Position numbers and translations under genes: made by a program. A stretch of DNA of 63,084 bases, filler included, from Rozella allomycis CSF55 (taxonomy: Eukaryota): assembly GCA_000442015.1 (NCBI GenBank). It is 7 parts of 7 records of this genome, joined end to end, with 100 filler letters (N's around TTAATTAATTAA, not from the genome) between each part and the next. Parts side by side here need not be neighbours in the genome. Positions count along the whole stretch, not along the records: positions 1 to 25,316 come from KE561132.1; positions 25,417 to 48,417 come from KE561139.1; 5 more parts are not named here. One strand, given 5' to 3'. A model generated the notes under the pieces. That model did not search any database. It saw only the letters and a list, made by a program, of their open reading frames with translations, and had not been told where the DNA came from. Position 1 is the stretch's first letter; the number at the start of each line of letters is the position of its first letter. Positions 13,097-25,556 of the stretch are shown here, one piece after another.

Positions 13097-13915
13097 ATGA
13101 TGGTTGATCTTCAGCATTGTACAAATCCATTCAAATGCACGGCTTCACAAAGTCTTGTGTGCGATTATCAGCGAGCCATCAATTATCTGAGCTGTTTCCA
13201 TTCCTCCATCGATAATGCTTATCCAAAGATCGACTCCGACGAACAAAATGGGAAGAAGTCTAAGCAATCAGTGAAGAAACATCGAAAGAAACCAAATATA
13301 AACAGGTTTCACATCAAAAGCTTCTCCGATGTAATGATGCTGAAATGCAAAATAACCAAATGCAAGATAAATACATCCCCATGGAGGACTATTCTTGTAC
13401 CTGATACATTTACTTTTGGACAATTGCATGAATTGCTGATCATTTTGTTTGACTGGGATCCCGATATTAACCATAGGTTTCTTCATGGAGACGACCGAAA
13501 TTCAAAGGCACCCAGTAATAACGAGATCACGAATGATGAAGATCAATCTAAAATAAAGGAACATTTCATTCGCAACAATGTGATGTTTTATGAAATTGAT
13601 GAAAGTAGGGTCAACGTTCTAATCAAGTTGGAAAACAGTAGCATACCAGCCGAACAGGGTGTATTCTACCCAATTGTTTTGAGAGGAAAAGGTGTGATGA
13701 ATTTCGACAATAATGAATATGAAAGTGGCAGAAAAAGTCACAACATGAATCGAATGGATAAGAATAAATTGAATGGTCGAATTAGAAAGCGATTTGGAAA
13801 AAGATATATAAAAACTATATCGGATGATGAAAATGAAGATTCTGAGAATGAGACTGAGATGGATCAATGTTATGAATACTTTGATGTGGATGCATTCATT
13901 AATGATAAAAAATAA
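13097..13915 (+). CDS. Protein with a plasmid pRiA4b ORF-3 (MM3350-like) domain; intronless
   Basis: PWRTILVPDTFTFGQLHELLIILFDWDPDINHRF ... YPIVLRGKG match the family pattern as recalled. Confidence 0.65.
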   Translation: MMVDLQHCTNPFKCTASQSLVCDYQRAINYLSCFHSSIDNAYPKIDSDEQNGKKSKQSVKKHRKKPNINRFHIKSFSDVMMLKCKITKCKINTSPWRTILVPDTFTFGQLHELLIILFDWDPDINHRFLHGDDRNSKAPSNNEITNDEDQSKIKEHFIRNNVMFYEIDESRVNVLIKLENSSIPAEQGVFYPIVLRGKGVMNFDNNEYESGRKSHNMNRMDKNKLNGRIRKRFGKRYIKTISDDENEDSENETEMDQCYEYFDVDAFINDKK

Positions 13916-14035
13916 ATATTATTTAAGGCCTTAATTTAATAATTTCATTTTGTCTCTGTCCTCTGTCATTATTTCACTCATCATTGCTTATCAGCCACAT
14001 TGTTCAGGTTTAATGCAAAACTACAAACTCAGTTN

Positions 14036-14473
14036 CGATGAAAAGAGGGTTAGCGTTCTAATCAAGTTGGAAAACAGTAGCATACCAGCCGAACAGGGTG
14101 TATTCTACCCAATTGTTTTGAGAGGAAAAGGTGTGATGAATTTCGACAATAATGAATATGAAAGTGGCAGAAAAAGTCACAACATGAATCGAATGGATAA
14201 GAATAAATTGAATGGTCGAATTAGAAAGCGATTTGGAAAAAGATATATAAAAACTATATCGGATGATGAAAATGAAGATTCTGAGAATGAGACTGAGATG
14301 GATCAATGTTATGAATACTTTGATGTGGATGCATTCATTAATGATAAAAAATAAATATTATTTAAGGCCATAATTTATGACTCTTTATTCTGTCTCTGTC
14401 CTCTGTCATTATTTCACTCATCACTGCTTATCAGCCACATTGTTCAGGATTAATGCAAAACTACAAACTCAGT
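14036..14473. repeat. Near-identical copy of about 13597-14034 across a single-N join (likely second-haplotype assembly artefact)
   Basis: Sequence repeats immediately after N14035 with a few SNPs and indels. Confidence 0.85.
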
Positions 14474-16732
14474 TGTGAACTCCATGGACATTCGCAGGAT
14501 GTAATATGACTAAAATAGCTGTTATAGATTAAAGCAATATCAGCAGTCAAAGACGTTATATTAACAGCTTCAAGAGATAAGTCGGTTATTTCATGGGACA
14601 TAAGAAACAAGCAGCCATATAAATGCTTTAAAGGACATTCAAATTATGTAAATAGCTTAGCGGTTGTAAATCATGCCGATTTCGGTGGTATAATTTATTT
14701 ATCTTTGTGATAGACTTAATTTTAAGTGGTGGAAGTGATAAAATAGTATACGGTTATTCTGTGGAAGGGATGGAAGAAGAGCCTATAATAACTCTGGTTG
14801 GACATGAGAGTAATGTTTGTTCTATTGATGTTTCAATTAACGGATTAATTGTGACTGGATCGTGGGATAAGTAAGGAACAATAGCAATTTATATTGTAGA
14901 ACAGCCAAAGTATGGAAAGATTTTGTATGTGTAGCGACATTGAAAGGTCATGAACAAGCTGTGTGGGCCGTTAAATTCTACAAGAGTGATATCATTACTG
15001 GTAAATACAAGTTTCAAAGATTATAGCGTCTGCTGATAAAACTATAAAGATTTGGAGAGATGGGAACTGTGTAAGAACAATGACAGGCCATAAGGACTGT
15101 GTTAGAGGATTGGCTATTGATCATAATGGGAATTTGATTTCATGTGGAAATGATGGATTGATATTAGTTTGGGATATTTCAAGTGGAGAAGTTTTGAGAG
15201 AATTATCAGGCCATAATTCTTTTATTTACTCGATTGCTGTTTGTGAAGGAGGTGAATTGGTGTCTGTAGGTGAAGATAGAAGTATAAAGATTTGGTCTGG
15301 TAACTTTCTTTATATGATTACATAAAGATTACGAATGTGTTCAATCAATTGCATATCCAGCATTATCTATTTGGTGTGTTTATCCATTGGAAAATGGAGA
15401 TTTCATCGTTGGTGGAAGTGATTGTATTGCCAGGGTATTTACAAAGTCTATTGAAAGAATTGGCGATGAAGAATTAATAAAAGGATTTGATGAAAAGGTT
15501 TCAAACACCCAATTGCCATCCAACATGATTGGTGATGTGAATAAAGAAAAACTTCAAGGAAAAGAAGGATTAGCAGAAGGAGGAAATAAAATTGGCCAAG
15601 TTAAAATGATCAAAAACGGAAACAACGTTGAAGCCTATCAATGGGATGGAAATGATTGGATTAAAGTTGGAGACGTTGTGGACGCCGTTGGCTCAAACAG
15701 AAAACAACTCTTCAATGGAAAGGAATACGATTATGTTTTTGACGTTGATATTGCTGATGGTGTTGTTTTAAAACTTCCATTCAATGCAAACGAAAATCCC
15801 TACATGGCTGCGCAAAAGTTTATTGAAGACAATGATTTGAGTCAATCGTATCTAGACCAAGTTGCTGATTTCATAATAAAAAATACAAATGGAATTTCCT
15901 TTGATTCCCAAAATTACTCAAACGATCCCCTCACTGGAGGATCAAGGTACATTCCTGGACCACCAAATTCATACAATTCAACTACAACAGTTAAGAAACA
16001 ATTTTCAGCGTCAAAACAATTAAACTTTTTTGAATCTGCAAATTTAGATGGAATCAAAAAGAAAATTCAACAATTCAATTCTGAATTCCTTCATTTAACG
16101 ACAAACGAAGAAAATCAACTTTCTGAAATTTACGAAATGATTGAAAAGAAAAATGCATCAGAATTTAATCAATTCGAATTAATTTATAAGTTTCTCGCTT
16201 TAGATCCTTCAAAAATATTTCCAATAATTGATTTACTCCGATTATTGGCATACTACAATGCAAATATCCCCACTGAAATATATGAAGATGTTTTTGACAT
16301 TGCAAACAGTTCTGACATAAACAGAATGCTGTCTTTAAGGCTAATTGTTAATTCCTTTAAAGGTGACTTATGGACCAATTTCCTTCCTCATGCCAAAAAG
16401 ATAATTTGCTTTTCCCAATCAACGTCAAACAATAATTTAAATCAAGCTATATCCTTTACACTTTTAAAGTAAGATTTTTCACATGATGTTATAAAAGTTA
16501 TTCCATCAATGGCTCTGTTATTCACGCTCCAATGCTACTAGATATTCTTAAATTTATAATCAATACTTTTCAAGTGAACGAAGATTTATTTGTAAATTGT
16601 CTGCAATCTTTGGGCACTCTTATCGATAGAAGGATGGTTGACCGCACAGTTTTAAATGACATAAACTTGTCTAGGATAAGCACTACTTCTAAGATTCAAG
16701 AATTAATATCAGAAATAAAGTTACTTTCGTAA
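14453..16732 (+). CDS. DOA1: Doa1/Ufd3/PLAA (WD40-PFU-PUL), 6 short introns
   Basis: YKLSCELHGHSQD, WD40 repeats, PFU motif GKEYDYVFDVDI..LKLPFNANENPY.AAQKF, DPLTGGSRY. Confidence 0.93.
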
Positions 16733-16801
16733 TTTAATATATTTCCATTTTAACCGTAAGTATTTACATTCAATCTATTTTAATACACGATCTAAGCCAC
16801 G

Positions 16802-18132
16802 ATGAAAACGTACTTGCTTCTCATATTTTTTGCGACTTTAACTCTTGCAGAAATACAACCCCTCAAAGAATGCTTAGCTTCTAACAACATAGAAATTCCT
16901 AATCCCGTTGACGGTCAAATCATTCCTCATCCTTTAGATATCACTGAAGAATTATGGACTGAAATAACAGCAAAATGTGAAAAATCGATTGCTTTATCTG
17001 ATTTTGGAGACCCAGACACCTATTTGTCAACTATAAACCACAAAGTACCAAAGGCTTTAAGAGAAGGACTCATTAGAGTGCTTGAAAATCTATATGAAGA
17101 CAAGGAAGCTTTCCAGCAAAGGGTATCCAATATGTCAAAAAATATATTCAATACATTTATTAGGCAAAGATTAGCAACATCAAAAAGTCTCACGGAGCAA
17201 ATAATCAATGAAGCTGAGCAGTTCATTAATGTAGATTCTGTTCCTTCTGTTATCAATTTATTGCAAGGAACGCTCATGTCAAATAAACCTACCATTNTGA
17301 GCAAATAATCAATGAAGCTGAGCAGTTCATTAACGTAGATTCTGTTCCTTCTGTTATAAATTTATTGCAAGGAACGCTCATGTCAAATAAGCCTACCATT
17401 GGAGCCAATGAAAAGAAGATGTTGATTGAATTGGCAATGAAAGTTGCAAATAAAGACCAAAAGAAAATTTTAAAGGCTATAGAGGGTGAAAAAGTAGATG
17501 AACAACTTCAAACACAGCCAAGTGTGAACGCCGTAGAAGATGAACAAGTAACATCTACAAATGAAAATACACAAACACCGCCAAGCGTGAACGCGGTAGA
17601 AGATGAACAAGTACCTACAAATGAAAATACACATTCTACTCAAAACGTAAATGGCGATGAATCGGGACCTGATGCAAAACCGCCTACTCTGGAACAGAAT
17701 TCTGGAAACGCAGAAGAAAGTAGTGCAACACCACCTCCTGCTAGAGATGATGAACTGGCTGTAAATACACCTCCCGTTCAAAACACTGGAACCGATAATA
17801 CTGGAACTAATGCTGATGTTATTCAAGGTGAGGGGAAAGACAATAATAGCCTAAAACCAAAAAATAAGCCCACTATTAACAAGAAAGATGATGAAAAAAG
17901 TCCGAAATATCAGCCCAAAGATGAGACGAATCAGAAAGAAACCTTGTATATTTGTCATATATGCAAAAACAAACTCATTATTGACAATGTTGAGCCACCC
18001 AAAAATAATATTCATTTGCTTCCTTTCTTTATTGGGGGAGTCGGAGTGGCTGCCATGATGGGTGGTGTATCAGTGTATTATTTAAAGAAAAAGAAATTTG
18101 CATCACTCGCAAATGCAGAAATGAGCATTTAA
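16802..18132 (+). CDS. Secreted single-pass (type I) surface protein with a low-complexity stalk; split by a duplicated overlap at N17298
   Basis: Signal peptide MKTYLLLIFFATLTLA; PSVNAVEDEQV..TNENT twice; TM helix followed by KKKK. Confidence 0.75.
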
Positions 18133-18183
18133 AAAGTCATGTTTCATGTATGTTGCATTTCTCTACAATAAACTCGCATTTTC

Positions 18184-18689
18184 TTATTTTATTATTTCAC
18201 CTTTAGCTTCTTTTTTCAAATCTTCCATAACTTGAGCCCCGTATTTAGCATAAATATCTCGCATTCGATACATCGCTGGTAAATCGTCCCTTAGATCCCA
18301 GACACACCCTACTGAAGTTGGATTCTCGTGATACAGTGACTCCATCACAAATTTTGGCTCTCCCTATTTAGATGAATTCTATATTAATACTGATTGTTGA
18401 TTTACAGACTGATAGAACTTTTTGAAGTTAAGGTCGCAGTATTCTTTGTCCACGTATCCGAATTGGTAGTAATATCTTATTATCCCAATAGGATCTTTAT
18501 ATAACGAATTAATTGATTTTCATTACTATAACACTTTATGGCTTGCTTCAAATAATCCAGTGCACCAATTTTCGCCATATTGTTCGGAGAGTAGCATGAA
18601 ATCGATACATTACTAATTTCCTTTATGTCCGCATCATTTGGTCGTAGTTCACAACTTGAATTTGGATCTTTGTCGGTCATGAAATTCAA
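18184..18689 (-). CDS. Emi1/DUF3128-like small protein, 2 introns
   Basis: Spliced CYNPIGIIRYYYQFG..C and C-terminal VWDLR. Confidence 0.6.
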
Positions 18690-18710
18690 AAAATTTCATA
18701 ATTGTTTGCC

Positions 18711-19123
18711 ATGAACATTAACACGAAAATACAGCACTTTTTTAATGATAAGATTGCTTTTATCATAATAGGAGCTTCAAAAGATCCCTCTAAATACGGT
18801 CATAAAGTATTACAATGGTACAAAAATCAGAGAAAACCAGTTTTTGTTATTCACCCCAAAGAAAACGAAGTTTTGGGTGAGAAATGTTATAGAAGTATCA
18901 ACGAGATTCCAGTATCAGAAAATGAAATGCGTAAACTTGCTATTCACTTTATCACTCCTCCTGCAGTGTCGATCACATATCTCCAGATTGCTCGTGAAAA
19001 AGGCATTGAGTGGTTGTGGTGCCAGCCAGGAAGCGAATCGGCAGAAGTGATTGAAAAAGCAAAAACCCTGTCCCTTAAACTCTTACATTCCGGTCCTTGT
19101 GTGCTACGTGATGCTGACCATGC
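18711..19123 (+). CDS. CoA-binding (YccU-like Rossmann) protein; 3' end at an N join
   Basis: IIGASKDPSKYGHKV, IHPK, ITPPAVS, LWCQPGSE, GPCV. Confidence 0.85.
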
Positions 19124-19678
19124 NGGCTCCTATCAAATCAAATCAAATCAAATACAAATAGTTCCATCAAATACAAGTCAAATAGTTGGCTTAACTATTT
19201 GACTTGCTCGATATTTGCAAATATTTGCAAATAGTTTGCAAATACTTACAAGCCACTGATACTGTTGATACATGTGTTTGAAAACCGTGAAGAGTGCTGA
19301 TGAGACTCACAGTGAAGTTTGTCATGCAAAAGTTGATGTTGCAATTGAAGAAAAAGGTGTTTGCGCTCGAAAAAAACTGTATAGTGAGTGCTTGTAGTAT
19401 CAATTACCATTTCTGAGAATGAGGTCGACACAACGCATTTTACATTATGCAAGGATAAATTCAAATACAACCCGCGTGTAACGTCGAACTTGTTAAAAAT
19501 TTTTAAGACCGAGCACCATAAGGCTTTCCAAAGGTCACAGGAGCAATGCGAAGGAGTTCTAGAGGTACATAGAGTAAGTNTTTTGTTTCAGGGTACTACT
19601 ATGTATAAATCAAAACGATATTTTGAACTTTAGCAATATCTAAAGCTTAAAAATTGACTTTTAGCCTTTAATCATTTA

Positions 19679-20387
19679 ATGACTAAAAAGAACGAGCATT
19701 ATATGGACAAGGTAATAGGTTGTTGAACATTTCAACTCAAGAACCCCAATGTACCTCGAATGCACATATCAAAATATTACGACAAAGATCCAAATGTACA
19801 ACATCGCAGTGGGAAATTTGATTCCTATAAGAATGCAGGTACACAGCTTTTTATCTTTGTAGGTAGTTTTAAGCTTTATTGGCGAACTTTTTACGTATCC
19901 AGCAACTAATTTACCTCCTGATGACGAAATTCCAGTCAAAAATTATGCACCTGTTGAAGATGAAGCAATAATTCCTGAAACTGCGTCGCTACAATTTCAT
20001 CAAACTCCCCAGGATGTTTTTGGAATAAAAACCGTCAATAAAGTTATCCATGAGGTATCTGAACTATCTGAATCGTCTATTCAAAAGCATGAATCTCATA
20101 GCGACCCATATGATCAAAAATCCCTGCAGAGAAATTTAAGGGTTGGACCAAACCTTCTTTATCAGCGTGATTATCAGCCAGATCCATCTGATATACCAGC
20201 AGGCCGACGAGATATTGGAAGCGTTGAAGATGCGAAGAGGTCTTTTCATGAAAAATATGGAAATGACATTTTCGCCGTTGAGATAGAAGGTACTAGCGAA
20301 AAGTATGTTCCTTCAAAAATATATCGGAAGAAAAAAGGTCAATCACATGCTGATTTAACAATTGAGAATGTTCAAAGAGAAGAATAA
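19679..20387 (+). CDS. Hypothetical protein, 2 short introns
   Basis: Continuous frame after removing 30-nt and 28-nt GT-AG introns. Confidence 0.55.
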
Positions 20388-20430
20388 AAATATGTTGAAC
20401 TACCTGATAGTAATCAATCTTTATTGCACT

Positions 20431-21501
20431 CTAATCGAAACACAGCGGGCTAAATATTTTTTCGACAAAAACTTTTGGATAATACTTCATGGCATCAACG
20501 CAAGCTTGTTTGTTTAACGGGAAATGCGGGGACTCCGTTTTGCCCTCAAGATAGAGGCTCTTCACTATTTTCTTAATTTCTTCAAGAGATTCGGGTAATT
20601 TATATGTATTAGGATTTATTCCTTCATCCCAGCCAGCATTGATGTAATCTTCAAAGTTAAACTCTCTGATCTGCTTCCATCCATTGTCGTCATCGCATTC
20701 GTAGTAAGGTTTTTTGTTTTTTCTATCAATTTCACCAAAAGAGTGTTCTGAAGTAAGTTCAGTCCAAAAAACAGCACCCTTATAATTGCAAGCAAGGTCA
20801 GCGTAGGATTTTACTCCAGATCCAATTCTCATGTATTTACCCAATCCCGTTCCTATCCCAAATAAGCCATCTTCTGTTTTCTCAGATTCCTCCACAACCA
20901 TTTTAACAGCAAAAAAGAGAGCTGCTGGAGCTGTCATATTCGTCCTAATCAGCTTATTAAATTTTTCTTTTCCTTTCTCGAAAAAGTCGATTGATGTCTC
21001 AAAAAAGTGTCCTATTTTGTCAGCACCAATGATTGTTTTAACGTTGTCTGTAGTATGGAAGTAAAAGATTGTACCAAATGTCGACGGAGTATTTAAAATT
21101 GGATATGCCAGGGAACTGAAATTGCTGTAAATATGATTTTTTGGAGCTACACGGAATTCGAATGATTTCTTTTGACCAGTATCCGTCGTATAATTTCCAG
21201 ATTTTATTTCTACTTCCATTAAGGACTCAATGGTATCAATAACACCTGCAATCTTTTTATTGCGTACCTCATGCCTGAATGCATCATCTATATCTTTTGC
21301 ATGGCACTTTTTAGTCTTATTAAAACGCATATTAGCTTCATTCAAGGCACGCTTAAAGTATTGTCTAGCAATTGCGTTTAAGCCTTCATTAGCTGGTGGA
21401 TTCTTGAAGAGGTCCATTCTTTGTGATAAAGAGTCTGTTTCACTCCCACTGATATAAATTGTTGAAATCAAAATTGAAAATATTGCCCAGATAAGGTTCA
21501 T
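20431..21501 (-). CDS. Intronless secreted protein of unknown function (possibly bacterial-type family)
   Basis: 356-aa ORF with signal peptide; motifs ETD, IGADKIGHFF, SYADLACNYKG..FW, DYINAGWDEGINPN. Confidence 0.8.
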   Translation of the reverse strand: MNLIWAIFSILISTIYISGSETDSLSQRMDLFKNPPANEGLNAIARQYFKRALNEANMRFNKTKKCHAKDIDDAFRHEVRNKKIAGVIDTIESLMEVEIKSGNYTTDTGQKKSFEFRVAPKNHIYSNFSSLAYPILNTPSTFGTIFYFHTTDNVKTIIGADKIGHFFETSIDFFEKGKEKFNKLIRTNMTAPAALFFAVKMVVEESEKTEDGLFGIGTGLGKYMRIGSGVKSYADLACNYKGAVFWTELTSEHSFGEIDRKNKKPYYECDDDNGWKQIREFNFEDYINAGWDEGINPNTYKLPESLEEIKKIVKSLYLEGKTESPHFPLNKQACVDAMKYYPKVFVEKIFSPLCFD

Positions 21502-21700
21502 TTAGGTATCTATCATAAATGTAACTTTGAGTTGATTAAGTATTTTTTCCATGACGTGAAATGAACCAATCATTGCTTCTCGATATTTTTAGGCTCAAGA
21601 TCTAAGAATATTGGGATCTATTTTTAGAAAAATATTAGCATTTTAAGAAATTTAGGAATAAATTACATAGCTGGTCGACCTAGCCACCTCCCACTGTCTC

Positions 21701-23646
21701 ATGGACAACGACTTCGTACGTTCACCTAGCAGAAATACTATCCACAAAAATATGATAAATTCACCTCTCCCCGAAAAGAAATCACCATATGGTCAAAGAA
21801 GCGTCTTTCCCTTTCTGAAAAACAAATCTGACCTATTCGCTACTGACCGACCAGTGAGTGCTCCTCCAGTGGATTCACCTGCATTAAATTTTGCAAAAAG
21901 TTTCAACAGTGAAGAAATAACGCAAGATCCAAGTTATGCGGCCTTTTTTATGCAAAATAGTAGATCTGATCCTCGTCTTCCAGCTCCAAAATATTCACCA
22001 GGCCAGTCTTGGATGAATTGGAACGCTAAACCAGCATTAGAGGCTATGAACGCACCGAATTGGAATCCAGAAGATGGAGAATTTAAGAAAAAGTCCTTGG
22101 TAGAGTTAATTCAAGAGGATTTTCCAAGGACTCCGTCACCAATTGTTAGCGCACACCTTTCTAAAAAAGGTAGATATCTAAATTTTACATTATATAGCTC
22201 ATGATAGTCCGCTTAGAAATCAAGCTATTGATGATGAAAAGGAGAACGTAGTGCCACAAAAGTTTTTGTCTCCAAAGCCCCGAGATGCGTTTGCCCTTCC
22301 ATCTGCAGTGGATAATGGTAATTGCATGCCACATTTATAATCTAGACTATTTGTCTTCCTGGGACAACTTCTTGTCCGGAACTGAATTGGACGTTACACG
22401 TTCTCAATCAGTTGCTCCTATCCATAAGAGGTCTAATATGTCAGAAATTCAAAGATCCTTTACACCCCTTTTCCCATCAATGCTCTCAAGTGATAATTTG
22501 TTTTCTCCTCCATCAAGAGCAGCTGCCGCAACCCCTCCGCCACCAGGCTTTGGGCGCCCAAAACCTGAAGCTCCTAAAACACCTGGATCTTTACTAGAAG
22601 ATCTAAAGGGGAACAAAAGAAGATTAGAACTCTACGATATTAGAGGTCATGCTATTGAATTCAGCATGGACCAATCTGGGTCAAGGTTTATTCAGCAAAA
22701 ACTTGAAGTAGCAGCTACTGAAGACAAGCAAATATTATTCAATGAACTGTTTCCCCAAGCATTTGGATTGATCACTGACGTCTTTGGCAATTATGTGATA
22801 CAGAAGTTTTTTGAATACGGAAGTGAGAGTCACCGCACTTCACTAGGAAAGATGTTAAAAGGACATGTAATGAACCTCGCTGTTCAGATGTATGGCTGTA
22901 GAGTTATTCAGAAAGCAATAGAATTTTCCCCGAATGAATTGCAAGCGGATTTGTTAAAAGAATTAGATGGTAATATCATGAAATTAGTAAAGGATCAACA
23001 TGGAAATCACGTTATTCAAAAATGCATTGAAAGGGTGTCCCCTGAAAAAATTGATTTTATTTTCAAAGAATTTAATCGCCATGCCGTTAGTCTAGCCACT
23101 CATTCTTATGGCTGCAGAGTCATTCAAAGAATGTTTGAGTTTTGCAATGAAAATCAAACGGATTTGATCTTTATCGAAATTCAACGGGCAGCCATTCAAC
23201 TTTCTTACGATCAATACGGAAACTACGTTATTCAACACATTATCGAAAAGGGGGCGGAGAAAATAAGAAAATCTATTGTTGATAAATTAGCACCGGAATT
23301 TCTGCCTTTCAGCAAGCACAAATTTGCTTCTAACGTGGCTGAAAAATTAGTAATATTCGGGGACGAATCTCAGCAAAGAAAAATTATGAAATTTGTTTAT
23401 GGAAATAATTTTAATATGTAAGTTATAATTATACTTATAAAAATTAGATCTGCACCTCTTTTTCAAATGATGAAGGATCCTTTTGCAAACTACGTTGTCC
23501 AAAAAATGTTGGACTATCTTGTTCCTTCATTAAAATCCGAACTCATTATCAAGATAGAGCCATCATTGGCTACTGTTAGGAAACTCGCCTTTGGAAAACA
23601 CATAGCCAATAAGGTTGAAAGGCTTATTTCTAAACAGAGAATGTAA
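21701..23646 (+). CDS. Pumilio/PUF RNA-binding protein, 3 short introns
   Basis: PUF repeats DQSGSRFIQQKLE, DVFGNYVIQKFFE, QMYGCRVIQKA, DQHGNHVIQK, HSYGCRVIQR, DQYGNYVIQH, HKFASNVAEK, DPFANYVVQK. Confidence 0.95.
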
Positions 23647-23817
23647 ATTTTAATAGTGTACCATAGCAATATCATAATAAACAATAATCAGTGCAATTTG
23701 TTTATATATATTTTATGCGAGAAAACGGTTATCCTTTCAGCTGTCATCTTTTCTTTTTTTAGATTTTTCTGTCATCGTTAGCGTGACCAAATTTATATTG
23801 CGCCACGAAAACGTTTT

Positions 23818-25089
23818 ATGCCCACAGGAGCTACAAAATTTTCTTCTTTTCTCACTCTATTTAATTCTTTGATGGGTGCTGGATTACTTGGAATGCCTTT
23901 AGTTGCCGCAAATTTGGGCATTTTACCATTCACAGTACTCTTGGTTTTGTGTGGTTCATTGGCATTGTTAATGATATACTTTCTTTCCAAAGTTTCTCAA
24001 AATATTCTATACACTCAAAACACGGTAACTTTTTCAGACGTTTCTAAAATTGTCCTTCCTTCATTTCCTCTGGCAATTGATGTTCTTGTAGCTGTGAAAG
24101 GGTTCGGTGTTTCTATAGGATATCTTATTGTTATTGGTTCTCTTGGTCCTCAGATAATGAAAGAATATGTCCCAGAGGAGTCATTTTTGATTTGTCGCTC
24201 ATTCTGGATTGCCACTGCTCTTTTTCTTTTTTGCTTGCCCCTTTCTCTGCCTAAATCTCTATCTTCAATTAGGCATGCATCATTTTTAGCTCTTCTTTCG
24301 ATTTTATATGTCACCTCTTTGATTGTAACGTATTTTTGCCTTCATCATTATGAAAATCCAGAGAAACTACATATAGAATTAGTTCATGATGATATGCATT
24401 TGTTCAAAAATTTGCCAGTATTTATTTTCTCCTTCTCATGTCATCACAATGTATTTAAAATGTATTCGGAGTTGAAGAATTGCAGTCCGAAGATAATGAC
24501 AGGTCTAGGAGCGATAGCTATTTCTTTGGCCTCGATCATTTACTTTATTATAGGAGTCTTGGGTAGTGCAATTACCGGGCCGACTGTAGCTGACGTAATT
24601 TTGAGATCATTGGGAGACCCGTCGTTTTCCATTTACCACACAATGAAAGTACATGATCCAAATGGTGTCTCATTGCTTATTTCAAATATCATGATTGTAT
24701 TCTTGGTAATAACTTGCTTCCCGATGCAAATTCATGCTTGCAGAGATTCTGTGTATTCCATTGTCCATCATTACCGACAGAAACAGGGTTACAGTGTCAA
24801 CTCCAAAAATGGGAAACTTTGTGACAAAAACAAGACACTCTTTTCTCGTATTATCGCTACTGTCTTATCTATTTTATCAATGTGCGTAGCTATTCTCGAA
24901 TCAAGATTTATTTCAATTTTGAGATATGTCGGTGCATTTGCCACAGGACCCATTATTATAGGTCTCCCTTGTCTCTTCTATTACAAAATAATTGCCTCGT
25001 CATCAAAAAGGTGGGCCAAACCGATGAATATACTAAGCGTAACATGTCCAATCGTTATTTTCATCGCAATTTTTGCTACTATTCTTTGA
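23818..25089 (+). CDS. Amino-acid transporter (AAAP / Avt5-7 / SLC38-like), single exon
   Basis: LFNSLMGAGLLGMP, FIFSFSCHHN, about 11 hydrophobic segments. Confidence 0.88.
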   Translation: MPTGATKFSSFLTLFNSLMGAGLLGMPLVAANLGILPFTVLLVLCGSLALLMIYFLSKVSQNILYTQNTVTFSDVSKIVLPSFPLAIDVLVAVKGFGVSIGYLIVIGSLGPQIMKEYVPEESFLICRSFWIATALFLFCLPLSLPKSLSSIRHASFLALLSILYVTSLIVTYFCLHHYENPEKLHIELVHDDMHLFKNLPVFIFSFSCHHNVFKMYSELKNCSPKIMTGLGAIAISLASIIYFIIGVLGSAITGPTVADVILRSLGDPSFSIYHTMKVHDPNGVSLLISNIMIVFLVITCFPMQIHACRDSVYSIVHHYRQKQGYSVNSKNGKLCDKNKTLFSRIIATVLSILSMCVAILESRFISILRYVGAFATGPIIIGLPCLFYYKIIASSSKRWAKPMNILSVTCPIVIFIAIFATIL

Positions 25090-25316
25090 AGATTGTATCC
25101 TTGCTAAGAATAAAATGAAATATATTTAAAAAGATAATTTTAATTGTTTACATTATATCATATATTTTTTTATATTTAAAATAATCTATTTAAAAAATTA
25201 CATAGTATTTCTTGAAAAGATTCGGGAAAATGATTTTAGCTTCTTCCANGATTGTTTACATTATATTACATATGCAATTCTTGAAATAGATTTATTTTTC
25301 TGTTTATGAACGAACG

Positions 25317-25416
25317 NNNNNNNNNNNNNNNNNNNNNNNNNNNNNNNNNNNNNNNNNNNNTTAATTAATTAANNNNNNNNNNNNNNNNNNNNNNNNNNNN
25401 NNNNNNNNNNNNNNNN
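25317..25416. other. Scaffolding gap with TTAATTAATTAA linker (same at about 48418, 54256, 58110, 59720, 61607)
   Basis: N-run, TTAATTAATTAA (stop in all six frames), N-run, repeated identically. Confidence 0.95.
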
Positions 25417-25556
25417 AGGAGGAATCCTTTGTCCGCAACTTTAAGTACTTTTGTGTTTAATTGCCGGTAACAATAGGACTATTAAACAAATAAATTAAGA
25501 GCAATATTCTGAAACGAACTTTATTAATCATCACGTATAACAATTTAATTAATTGA

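Noticed and set aside
13950-14354. Apparent tandem duplicate of the pRiA4b-like gene 3' half
   Set aside because: Begins exactly at a single-N join and is near-identical, so it is an assembly overlap
18477-18530. Possible GT-AA intron in the Emi1-like gene
   Set aside because: A canonical 32-nt GT-AG intron slightly upstream gives CYNPIGIIRYYYQFG and explains the frame
25317-25416. Recurring TTAATTAATTAA palindrome within N runs
   Set aside because: Artificial six-frame-stop scaffolding linker, not biological
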